Shown here: one piece after another, positions 13,265 to 25,100 of the stretch
Layout: every line of letters begins with the position of its first letter
Numbering within the stretch: position 1 is the stretch's first letter
Assembly (NCBI RefSeq): GCF_001194135.2
Contig: NC_068989.1
Location: forward strand, 2,561,270-2,625,269
Reading direction: 5' to 3'
Source of the DNA: Octopus bimaculoides
Lineage: Eukaryota
DNA: 64,000 bases
The notes under the pieces: generated by a model
Seen by the model: the letters and a program-made list of their open reading frames with translations, nothing else
Databases searched by the model: none
Told to the model about the DNA's origin: nothing
Made by a program: the position numbers and the translations under genes

Positions 13265-14088
13265 AGTGTGTGTCCGTGTAAGTATTCCCGTTCTAAGCTT
13301 GGATATTAAACTTGTTTCTTGTCTTTTTTTTTTCTTTTTTTCATGCAATTGGAACATCTTGGCACACCAAAAGGTGGAAGCAACCAAAGTAAGAAATGAA
13401 GCCCATGCCATTCCACTGTTACCAAACAGCGCAACAGTTGCCGACGAAACGAAAATCGAAATACGGTAGAGAAAAAGACGAAATCTTGTATAGAGACAGC
13501 AACGTTTTATAACAAACATTAAGAGCGAATGTGTGTGTGTATGTGTGTGTGCCCTTGTTTGTGTGTGTATATATACAGTATATATGGTGTACATGGATGT
13601 AGATTTAGAAGAATGGATGGGGACAGAAAAAGAAGACAGAGAGATCAAATCAGAGGAAGGAAGAGGAGGAAGAGAATTGAATTTTTTTTTTCTTTTACTT
13701 TTGGACTGGGCTGCAAAGATATAAACTTCATAGATGAGCAAAATGCATTAATTCACTTAATCGGGCGCACGGTTGTACGGATTCCATTTATTTTACTAAG
13801 CTCCGGAGAAATGAAAAGCAAAATTGAATTTTAAATGAGAAATTTTGAAAGAAAGGCATTTAAAAACAATAATAAAATACATCTCAGAAAATAAGAAAGC
13901 AAAAAAGGGAAAGAATGCATGGGGAATGAGAGAAGGAGGAAATTGCGAATAGGGAATGAGATAAATATATGTGTATGGGTGTATGAGAGATAATTAGAGA
14001 ATGGATGAATAATAGGAAGAGCGGAAAGGAAAATGGATGACAAAGACAAAGATATAAGAATAAGAGCAGAATCGAAAGACGACTGCAC

Positions 14089-14147
<59 letters not shown>

Positions 14148-14249
14148 CCCATTTCGATTTTGTATTTGGTTTACAAGTTTCTTGATGTGAATTCGTGTAC
14201 TGAAATAAATTTTGTTGTCTTGGTAGGGTCATTACACCAATAATAATAA

Positions 14250-14397
14250 CACACGCCCTGGTCCAATACCACTTCTAGGTTGTTAATTAATTGTTTGAAT
14301 ATCTAACCAGCCAATTAATCGATCATTTTTTCAAGGTGTTGTTATTTAACCAATTGACTAACATTAAAAAGAAGCGGTATTGAACCAGTGTGTGTGT
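14250..14397. mobile_element. Small fold-back element or MITE with about 50-bp imperfect arms
   Basis: CTGGTCCAATACCACTTC (14258-14275) versus GAAGCGGTATTGAACCAG (14371-14388) gives 16/18 complementarity. The inner segments TTGTTAATTAATTGTTTGAATA and TATTTAACCAATTGACTAACA are also inversely related. Confidence 0.6.
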
Positions 14398-14470
14398 GTG
14401 TGTGCTACTATTATTGGCATAATGACCCTCCCAAGACACAACAATATACTATGTGTGTGTGTGTGTGTGT

Positions 14471-14501
<31 letters not shown>

Positions 14502-14526
14502 CATATGTATGTGTGTACGTGTGTGT

Positions 14527-14545
14527 GTTTCGATGCCTTCGTCAG
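14527..14545 (-). ncRNA. Hammerhead core remnant
   Basis: Minus strand CTGACGA-A-GGCATC-GAAAC, embedded in (CA)n. Stem II is truncated and stem I does not pair. Confidence 0.3.
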
Positions 14546-14799
14546 TATACGTGTGAGTGCGCGGTACATTCCTGGTGATTTAATGTGCGACCCGAGTTCT
14601 CTTACATTTTGCTACACTTTTTTAATACATCAGACACTTTTTTGCACTATTTTTTACGAACGTTTCTATATTTACTCCAGGAATCCTAAATTCAGGTCAA
14701 GAATATCACTTGGATATGGAACACTGGGGCAAATAAAATATTCTTGTGCTCATTGCAAATGATTTACAAGTCTTCGAACGACCGTTGGTATAATCCATA

Positions 14800-14915
14800 C
14801 ACTTTGAAAGAGAATGCAACCGATAAAATCCATTTCAGCGGTTTTGTGTTTATTTTATCTCAGAATGAAAGGCATCGTCAACATCAGCAGGATTTGAACT
14901 AAAAACGTTTTATAA
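14800..14915 (-). mobile_element. Diverged SINE family A copy
   Basis: ...AATGAAAGGCATCGTCAACATCAGCAGGATTTGAACT matches the family A B-box region. Confidence 0.45.
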
Positions 14916-15157
14916 AGCAGTTTATAAAAGAATATTGCCAGGTTATTTGTTCAGCCAAACAATGGCTCCAATGCTAATATATATATATACATATTGGTAT
15001 ATGCATGTGTGTGTGTGTATACATACATAGATATATTTATATACATATTGGTATATGCATGTGTGTTTGTGTATACATACATAGATATATTTATATACAT
15101 GCATACACACGCACCTACATCTATGTGCGTGGTGTGTGTATTGTGTGTGTGTGCGTG

Positions 15158-15235
<78 letters not shown>

Positions 15236-15244
15236 GCCAATTAA

Positions 15245-15303
15245 ATTATTGTCAAACTGACGATGTCTTAACTGGCCGAAACTTCCAGGTCTCTGTCAGT
15301 AAT
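15245..15303 (+). ncRNA. Type-I hammerhead ribozyme-like motif (stem II damaged)
   Basis: Stem I is ATTATTGTCAAA (15245-56) / TCTGTCAGTAAT (15292-303), 10/12 paired including one G.U. Core CTGACGA 15257-63, GAAA 15278-81, stem III C-TTCCAG-G, cleavage triplet GTC 15289-91. Stem II has an extra U and a U.C mismatch. Confidence 0.6.
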
Positions 15304-15981
15304 ATTTTAGTTTAAGAATAATATATTTCTACTCTACAAATGTATAGAGTTACTCATTAAATTATTGTAAAATTGTTAATTGAACATTAAAAAAAAAAAA
15401 CATAAAGATAAACGTTTCATTAAATATACGACTATGGTCAATATTTTCCATACTTTCTTATTAGCTTTTGACAACGGTTTCCAAAATAAGTTCCTAACTT
15501 CATATCCGACGTGTCTAGGCGTTCGCAATTTCATTATCAAGAACTGAATTGAAGATATTTTCCGTTTGTGGTGTTTCTTATAGACTGATTGAATTCGTGT
15601 AGACTTTAAGAAACTATTAGATTGATTTACATTTGCTCATATTAGCGAATGAAGATGCGATAACTTACAACGTTAGACATTTCTATAATAACATTCCATG
15701 TTAGTACTAAATAACTGATGGATTATTTGTGTAGCACAGTTAAACTGTAAGCACGCTGATATAATCAATTAAACTCAGATAAAATTGTATCTAATTTCAG
15801 AAAAAAAAAATAGCAAGCTGAGTGTATTTACAATCTGATATAAGCAGTAAAAACGGTTTCTTTATCATTCGGAAATCTTTCATTTAGAGTTGATGCAACT
15901 AGTCTATTAACCTTAACGGTTTCACAAATTAATCGGACGTAATGTTTTTGCTATCGTCATTATTATCATATCTATTAAGAA

Positions 15982-17070
15982 AGCGGCGAACTGGCAAACT
16001 GGTTAGAGCATCGGTATAAATACTTCAGAATATTTGTAACTGAACTTTATGTTATGAGTTCGAATCTTGCTGAGGTCAACTATGCCTTTAATCTTTTTCG
16101 GGTACCAATCCAATAATAGAGTCGGTGTGATCGACTTACCCCGTCCCGCTAAACTTCCTGACCATGTACTAAAATTAGAAATAATTACGAGTTCAAATTC
16201 TGCCGAGGTTGACTTTGCCTTTCATCGGAATCGATAAAATAACTAGCAGTCAAGTACTGGGGGAGGACCAATGTAAGTTCTGTTCATTTTTCCTTATGCC
16301 AACATAAGAAAAAGTTAAGGCGGCGAGGTGACAGAATTTTTAGCGTATCGGACAAAATGGTCGGTGACATTTCTTCCGGCTCTTTATATTCTGAGTTTAA
16401 ACGCCATCAAGGTCAAATCTTTTCATCCCTTAGGGGTCGATAAAAAAGATAATGTCGATGTGACCGACTTTTCCATCTCCTCAAAATTGCCGGGCTTGTG
16501 TGACAAGTTAGAAAAATATATTATCACATATTTTCGAACAGGGATTTCAGATAGATCTCAAGAAATTGCTGTCCTTGTACCAAAATTTGAAACCAATTCC
16601 TCAATAGGTGGTCCAAGAACCGACCATGCAAATTTTTTTTTTCGAGCTGGCAGAATCGTAAGCGCGCCGTACAAAATTCTTAGCGGCATTTCGTCTGCCT
16701 TTACGTCCTGAATTCAAATTCCACCAAGGTCGACTTTGCCTTTCAAGGTCAATAAGTACCAGTTGAGTACTGGGGTCGATGTAATCGACTTACCTCCACC
16801 CTTGAAAACATTGGTCTTGTGCCAAAATTTGGAACCAATATTTATACGACTACAGGGCAGCGAGATGGCAAGATTTCTTACCGCACTGGGAAAATGCTTA
16901 GCGTTATATCTTCCGACTTTACGTTCCGAGTCCAAATGCCACCAAAGCCGATTTTTCCTTTCATCCTTTCGGTATCCTTAAAATAGGTACCAGTTTCGTA
17001 CTGGTGGGGGGGGATGTAATTGACTAACACACCGCCCCCACCGGAATTGCTGGAGTGATGCAAAAATATT
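15982..17070 (+). mobile_element. Cluster of five same-orientation SINE family A copies
   Basis: Copies at about 15982-16188, 16188-16270, 16318-16520, 16645-16845 and 16853-17070. Each has GGC(G/A)GCGAGNTGGCA-type heads and/or GAGTTC(A/G)AA...GAGGTCGACTTTGCCTTTCA bodies. Confidence 0.8.
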
Positions 17071-18550
17071 TATACGACTATAATATTTCTGTTAAACCTA
17101 TAAATGTTCATATTAAACCCATTCATGTTAAACCTATTCTATATGAATTGATATTTGTGGTGAAAATTATGTAACGAAGCCTTAGGTGTAGACATGGTCG
17201 TCTGCTTAAGAACAGTGGTTCGCAATGGCGCTGTTACGGAGTTGATCGCATGGAGCGACATTTAAAATATACGATGAAAATGAAATTTTGTAGACGTTAC
17301 CGGTGAGTAAAGCCATCGATTGTGTAGGTAAATATAAACATGTGATGAACAGACTCGGCACGTCGGACAAAAAAACTTGTGACATTTAGTACCGTTTCTA
17401 ACATGTATAATTATTCGAAAGTCTAATTGCTTAGAAAATCGGTATGAATTTGGTGTGCTAACACAGGATACTATTAAAAGGAAAATATTTATAGCACATG
17501 TTTGTACGATAATGGAAGCTAGCGGACCGTCGTTCGATAATCAGAACTTTCCATGAATAGGTCCTAAATATGTTGCATATTTTCCAACTACAGGGAATTT
17601 TAATTTCAAAATGTTGGAACATTGTCTGTGGCTCAGCATAGACACAGACAATAAGAAAATTGGAACTTGGGTCGCAGATTTGACTCACCAGGAACTTACC
17701 TCTAGCCGTAGGTCATGAATGCGTCTGCGACATTAACAGTATATTGCATATGAACGTAGAAATTGAGAATACGATTGGTGGGGTTGACTGGAAGGATTGG
17801 GAAATAGAATATGAGAAAATGGACACCAAAAAAGATTTGTACAGAAAAGAAGCAATTAACACTCAAGAAAGAATTTGTGGTGTGTGTGTATGTGTGTGTG
17901 TGTGTGTAATTTTATATCTGACATCATATACGAGCATGAGAATATAGGTGTATGACTATATTGATTGATTACTCATCTTCACATTGTTACGTTCTTTGCA
18001 TGGAGTAAAATAATAAAATAATTTAAAAATATAAATTTTCATTAATATATATTTCAATTTATACTTTGCTGCCATACCTACAAAAGTGAGCAGAACTGAA
18101 CAATGGAAGACCAAAACGAAAAATTGTTTGGATTGCAACAGTATGAGAACAACACTAACATACAGCCCCACAATTGTATTCTACAAAGACCATAATAATA
18201 ATTATGATGATAATGATAATGATAATAATAACTATTATTATTTTCACTATTATTGTTATCAATATTATGATTGTTAGTATTGTTTTATTTTGTTATTGTT
18301 ATTATTATTACTATTATTATTATTATATAAAATCGTTGTCATTCATCGAACTGTTTAATAAAATCACATGAAAATCTAAATTATAATAAAATATTGTTGT
18401 GATTCTGTGGCTCGGATTATAATACATCAGGGCAACTGCAATATATTTTTTGTGTTTTAATATTGTCCCCACATTAATAGATATGGTCATGTTTGGATTA
18501 TCTATTAACAAAATATTTTCATGAGTGTGAAAGTAAAATTTCGCATATAC

Positions 18551-18612
18551 ATGCACACACAAATGCACACACAAATGCACACACAAATGCACACACAAAT
18601 GCACACACAAAT

Positions 18613-18697
<85 letters not shown>
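18551..18697. repeat. 12-bp unit (ATGCACACACAA) x5 grading into (CA)n
   Basis: Directly visible. Confidence 0.92.
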
Positions 18698-18700
<3 letters not shown>

Positions 18701-19197
18701 TTATTTATATAGAGAGAGTTATAGATATAGATATATACAAACATACATATATATATACATGTATGTTCACACACTCATAGACGTGTATGTACATAAATAC
18801 ATAGATACACAGACAAACAGGCATATAAACATAAAGAGAGAGAGGGAGAAAAAGAGAAAGAGATAAAGAGAGCGTGATCAAGATTGCTTTCTTGTTGATA
18901 CATCCAAAAATAAAAAATGCGCAAGTAAACACCGAGATATGAAAGCGAAATTACGATGATTCTCAAATATACTGGACAAAATTACCGGACAAAAAGCAAC
19001 AATTAGTATTTTTTAATCCCAAAAATATCTGGAATCTCAACAGGTTATAGGACCTATCCATGCACGAGGTGGATAATTTGCTAGTCTGCAGTTATATCCG
19101 GGCCCAACTATATCTAGACTCTCATGTGGCCTCGCAGTCAGTCGAAAGTCCCAATATATTCGCGATTACTACATAGTAATATAGCAACATAGTAATA

Positions 19198-19245
<48 letters not shown>

Positions 19246-20087
19246 GGCATCTAATATATATACTTGTAACAAACATATCTACCCATATCAACAAACCACG
19301 TCACATATGTAACCACTAAAGTAGATCTTAATATGCAATGCATGCAGGGAACACTAACATCCAGAGCTCGGAGTTTCTCAGCAGCCTCTTATATAATTTT
19401 CTCTGATTTACAGCTACCGTTCGTCAACTTTTGTATGTGTTTAATACGTACATATAAATAAAGATGTTTGTGTGTAGAAGGGGTGTACGTGTCTAATATG
19501 CGTGTGTATGTAAGATTGCCTAGTGAAAGCAACATTTCAGACATTTACCCAATTAAGGACATACAATGTGTTAATTCTATACTATGCTAAATGAAACAAT
19601 TTTCACCGCATCTGATGTTGGTAACCAAGTCGTGAGCAAACATCGAAATATATGTATACGTCACAACAGGTAATACTATTAACAAATAACCTGAACTGAA
19701 TATGGTATTTTCGTAAGGTCTGACTTGGCCAAAATATAACATCCCATCGTGCAAAAGTTTTAAATACGACAGAGGATCTCAGATCGAGCACAAATTCAAA
19801 ATATCATTTCATATTCATAAGCTTAATACATGAACGTTGATCAATCAATTTGTATGTTAACGGATAGCGTTCTGAGCCACATTACTACTTTAAAAGACAA
19901 AGTATTTTTATAACAACGGCCAGAATAGGCATAATTCGCAACACATCTCTATATACTATACACTTTTGAAATCTAATGTGAAACCGTTAAAGTGAGGTCC
20001 TATATTTTAAAATATAATTAAATTCTTATTAATTCTAGTATATCGTCTGTGCATTTTCATCTTTTTTCTCTTGCTCCACTTGTTTGG

Positions 20088-20124
<37 letters not shown>

Positions 20125-21141
20125 TATATATNNNNNNNNNNNNNNNNNNNNNNNNNNNNNNNNNNNNNNNNNNNNNNNNNNNNNNNNNNNNNNNNNNNNN
20201 NNNNNNNNNNNNNNNNNNNNNNNNNNNNNNNNNNNNNNNNNNNNNNNNNNNNNNNNNNNNNNNNNNNNNNNNNNNNNNNNNNNNNNNNNNNNNNNNNNNN
20301 NNNNNNNNNNNNNNNNNNNNNNNNNNNNNNNNNNNNNNNNNNNNNNNNNNNNNNNNNNNNNNNNNNNNNNNNNNNNNNNNNNNNNNNNNNNNNNNNNNNN
20401 NNNNNNNNNNNNNNNNNNNNNNNNNNNNNNNNNNNNNNNNNNNNNNNNNNNNNNNNNNNNNNNNNNNNNNNNNNNNNNNNNNNNNNNNNNNNNNNNNNNN
20501 NNNNNNNNNNNNNNNNNNNNNNNNNNNNNNNNNNNNNNNNNNNNNNNNNNNNNNNNNNNNNNNNNNNNNNNNNNNNNNNNNNNNNNNNNNNNNNNNNNNN
20601 NNNNNNNNNNNNNNNNNNNNNNNNNNNNNNNNNNNNNNNNNNNNNNNNNNNNNNNNNNNNNNNNNNNNNNNNNNNNNNNNNNNNNNNNNNNNNNNNNNNN
20701 NNNNNNNNNNNNNNNNNNNNNNNNNNNNNNNNNNNNNNNNNNNNNNNNNNNNNNNNNNNNNNNNNNNNNNNNNNNNNNNNNNNNNNNNNNNNNNNNNNNN
20801 NNNNNNNNNNNNNNNNNNNNNNNNNNNNNNNNNNNNNNNNNNNNNNNNNNNNNNNNNNNNNNNNNNNNNNNNNNNNNNNNNNNNNNNNNNNNNNNNNNNN
20901 NNNNNNNNNNNNNNNNNNNNNNNNNNNNNNNNNNNNNNNNNNNNNNNNNNNNNNNNNNNNNNNNNNNNNNNNNNNNNNNNNNNNNNNNNNNNNNNNNNNN
21001 NNNNNNNNNNNTATATATATGCATATGTATATACGCACACATAATCGCATGTATACATACATAGTTATAGTCACACATACACACATATTTATATACATAT
21101 ATATATATATATATATACGTGTATGTGTGTTTGTGTGTTTA

Positions 21142-21181
<40 letters not shown>

Positions 21182-21268
21182 TGTGTTTGTGTGTCTGTGT
21201 CTGTGTGTGTGTGTCTGTGTGTCTGTGTGTGTGTCTGTGTGTGTGTGTATGTGTGTGTGTGTATGAAC

Positions 21269-21495
21269 TTACTTGTCTTAGTCATAGAACTGTGGCCATG
21301 TTAGTGCGCCGCCCTGAATGGTTTAGTGTAACAAATCAACCACAGTACTTCTTTTAAGTTTCTTACTCTATAGGTCCCTTTTGCCGAAACGCTAAGTTAT
21401 GGGGACGGAAACAAACCAACATTGATTGCCAAACGGTGGTACTACAAACATCAAAACACATACATATTATATATATTTATGACGAGCTTCTACAC
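21269..21495 (-). mobile_element. SINE family B, tail plus internal microsatellite, truncated at the head
   Basis: TTACTTGTCTTAGTCA...TGTGGCCATG...TTTTGCCGAAACGCTAAGTTATGGGGACG is followed by a CA/TA-rich linker and TATGACGAGCTTCT (cf. TACGACGGGCTTCT). Confidence 0.65.
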
Positions 21496-21726
21496 AGCCC
21501 CGCCAACAACATTCCCTTATCAGATGGTAGACCCTGGGTCTTACTTGTAAACACTAACGTATGATGACGCGCAGCGAGCTAAACCCGAAACTGCATAGTT
21601 CAGAGTGGTTTCTAAACCACACACATATATGTGAATATAATATATATTTATATAAAGTAGAAAATATTTTAGTGGGGAAATACACGTAGTGGATACAAAT
21701 AGAGAAAGAGAAAAGACGATAAAATG

Positions 21727-21995
21727 CATAAGATTTGTTTTGCAGGATTTAAGAGTATATTAGAGCCATTATAATAATGATATGCAATTTTGTACAAAAT
21801 AAGGTTTTCTTTTTTCATCATAATTGAAGTAAGCATCGGTTTAGCATTGCTCATCCAGTTTGATGAGCAATGCGAAACCGATCCTTATTTCAATTATGAT
21901 GAAAACACAAAACCTTATTTTGTACAAAATTGTATAATATCATTATTATCATGGCTTTAATATACTCTTAAATCCTGTTAAACAAACCCTCTATG
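21727..21995. repeat. About 270-bp palindrome (arms about 130 bp, 6-nt centre) with hammerhead-like cores on both arms
   Basis: 21727-21855 is the reverse complement of 21862-21995 with scattered mismatches and small indels, e.g. CAGGATTTAAGAGTATATT/AATATACTCTTAAATCCTG and TTTTGTACAAAATAAGGTTTT/AAAACCTTATTTTGTACAAAA. The centre is CAGTTT (21856-61). Confidence 0.92.
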
Positions 21996-22014
21996 TTTTT
22001 TTCATCATTTCCCT

Positions 22015-22050
<36 letters not shown>

Positions 22051-22462
22051 CTTTCTTTATCTCATATTTGTAAATATTCTACGACACAGTTTTATTCAAT
22101 GATCTTAACTGTTCACTTCATTAATCCGAAACAATTTTCTCACTATCATTACTATGAGTTTCACATTCATTTATTCGTTTCGTTTTAATATGTGTGTATA
22201 CATTATTTAATATTCTAATATAAGTATATATTTTCCAATAACGATTTCTTTGAACTTGGATGTATTCCTTTATATCAATTTGCCATCAATTTCTCGTAAC
22301 TTTTAATCTATACTTTTAACACCACGACATTTCTCCTAAGTTTATGTACTATAAAAGCAACTGTGCTTTTTTTCTTAACCATTCCCTCACATGCCCTAAT
22401 TATCGCATTCTATTGATATTTTTTATCAAACAAGATTGTAAAATTACCTGTAATTTGTAATA

Positions 22463-22515
<53 letters not shown>

Positions 22516-22644
22516 NNNNNNNNNNNNNNNNNNNNNNNNNNNNNNNNNNNNNNNNNNNNNNNNNNNNNNNNNNNNNNNNNNNNNNNNNNNNNNNNNNNNN
22601 NNNNNNNNNNNNNNNNNNNNNNNNNNNNNNNNNNNNNNNNNNNN

Positions 22645-22675
<31 letters not shown>

Positions 22676-22764
22676 CACAAATGTGTGTGTGGGTGTGCGT
22701 GTGTATTATATATGTACTTCATGATAACTTTGATTATACTATTACTAACATAGCCTCAAGCAAG

Positions 22765-22985
22765 CAAGCTGGAAGAGTCGTCAGAGTGTCGGACAAGAAG
22801 CTTAGCAGCGTTTTTGTGACTTTATGTTCTAAGTTGGAATCCCACTGAGGGTTTTCATTGCTTGTCATCCCTCTGGGTTCGATAAAATAATATACCCGTC
22901 TGGTACTGTACTGAGATCAATCTAATCAATTTAAGCACTCCTCTTGAAATTACTGACCTTATGCGAAAATTTTGGACCGATATTG
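22765..22985 (+). mobile_element. Diverged SINE family A copy
   Basis: GCAAGCTGGAAGAGTCG...TTCTAAGTTGGAATCCCACTGAGG...TCATCCCTCTGGGTTCGATAAAATAA. Confidence 0.55.
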
Positions 22986-23149
22986 CAAAACTTCGGTGAC
23001 TGTGATCTTTAAATTCGAGCCTATCCAACAACTTAACTAACAACTAAACGCATCGCAAAAATATAATTTCTTTTTCGTAATCTTCTTCTTCGTCAGTTTA
23101 ATTCTAGCCATAGACATTCCTCTGAGCGAACGCCAATCCGTTGCAGGGT

Positions 23150-23260
23150 TCAAGAGCAGCTATTTCGAGGCGAGGTGACAAGTCGTTTCCATCGAGATTT
23201 GAACTCAGAACATAAATACTATTTATCTGACCTCGCTCTCAGAATCATTGAGGTACTTTA
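23150..23260 (-). mobile_element. Partial diverged SINE family A copy
   Basis: GAGATTTGAACTCAGAACATAA matches the family A B-box region on the minus strand. Confidence 0.4.
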
Positions 23261-24691
23261 GCCACCGCACGAGGACAAAGAGCAAACTACTAACAAAAAT
23301 AATCTCGTCCAGTCATGAGACAGCGAACACAAGCAATCAATTTGATGTCAGGTCATGGTAGGATTGTGGCTACCTAGCATCGAGGCAGTTTTTGAGTTCC
23401 CATTTTGTGTTGCATTGTTCGGTCATTTCAATCTTGTGAATTATAATAAATCGGTAAAACTGGTAAAGTATACATCAAACGATTTGAAAAATAAAGTTGG
23501 AGTCGTGAGACTCCACCTTACAAACATATGTAAAAGAAATATTAATCTATAAAAATCTGAGTTTTTACTTTATATTAAAAGCTGACACTTTTCACACAAA
23601 TATATACTTAAACAAAAAAGAGAAGAAATTCATCCGTTGCGAATATGCAAAACTATGAAATTATAACAAGCCTACTATCTTTATGTCTTTCTAAATCATT
23701 AGCTGGTCGAGTTAAAGCCTATCTTATAGCTGGAAGTGGAACAAATAACAACATAGGCGCACTGAAAGTCATTTTAAAACCATTCTCATGACATATGAAT
23801 CTGTTCAGACGCTTAGAAACATGCCTTCATCCAAATACATCTGGAATCTGAAGGTTAATAATATTAGAAATTAGACTAGTTAACAATTTTACGAAAGAAT
23901 GCATTCATCATAGAGTGCGTGTTTCCTTGGACCCAGTAATCGCAAATGTATTACTTCTGCCTCTAAGGGAAGTGCAACATTCTTTGACAAGTATTCGAAA
24001 TTTTTGGCACAAAAGTTCAGAAATGGTGATTTCTAGCACTCATTTCTATTATTGTATATTCATGAACTTTCAACTACAAAGTCGCTATCAAATTTGATTT
24101 CTTATATAAGGGATCGGCTATTTTCTAAAAAGACGAACCTTTATTTTAAGGTTCTTCATTCATTGATCAACATTAAGACTTTATTAACAAGTGTCACTTC
24201 TCCTGCACGTTCCTTTTTTTTTTTTTGGCATATGGTATTGAAAAGCTGACAAACTGAATTACTTACATTTTCGCACTGAGTACTGAACAGTTAAATATAT
24301 CATGTTTCTGCGTATGCTTAGTATAAACATGGGACACGTTTGCTCACTGGCGATGTGCTGTTACCCAATCAAATCACGAAGTGGTTTCTAACATTTTTTT
24401 CCCCAGAAAGTAAAACCGAACATTAATCTTCCGAATTTCGGAACACTCGAACAAGATCTCTAGGTCCCAAAAGTATATCCATTATAATTCCCTTTGCTGA
24501 CAATCATACCATTTATTCAAACAAACAGTTAGCCAAATAGAATATTCACCGGTTGTTTCGTTCCAGTAGTCAAGGTCTCAATGTATTATATACCTTGTAT
24601 TGTTTCGACGCAAGCAGCAGAGAAACAGAATTACAAGAAGACACGGATTGCAATAATATTAATAAGAAGGGCCACAACAACACAATAATAT

Positions 24692-25100
24692 ATATATATC
24701 TTTTAAATTTGTTTATGGGGAACGTTTTGAATAGCAAATAAAGCTCCTATTCTATTATGACCGGCAAAATTCTAAAGATGCCGACTGGTGAACCAGTTTT
24801 GGGGTTTGCATCGAGCTGTACTAATATAATGTAGGATAATAATAGTAATAATAACAATAATCCTTGGATAGAATTTATAAACATTTAATGCATATTTACG
24901 AGCGTTTCCACAAATCACACCTAAATATATATAAATATATATATATCTTTTAAATTTGTTTATGGGGAACGTTTTGAATAGCAAATAAAGCTCCTATTCT
25001 ATTATGACCGGCAAAATTCTAAAGATGCCGACTGGTGAACCAGTTTTGGGGTTTGCATCGAGCTGTACTAATATAATGTAGGATAATAATAGTAATAATA
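24692..25100. repeat. Identical direct duplication of about 160 bp (247-bp offset) ending at a gap
   Basis: 24692-24853 equals 24939-25100 (ATCTTTTAAATTTGTTTATGGGGAACG...GGATAATAATAGTAATAATA). Confidence 0.9.

Noticed and set aside
17188-17308. Apparent exon ending at a strong CG|GTGAGT donor (17302)
   Set aside because: The 5' part resembles a decayed family B SINE head and the peptide is unrecognisable.
21560-21610. ATGATGA...CCCGAAAC motif near the palindrome
   Set aside because: The core is mutated and no convincing stem I or stem II forms.
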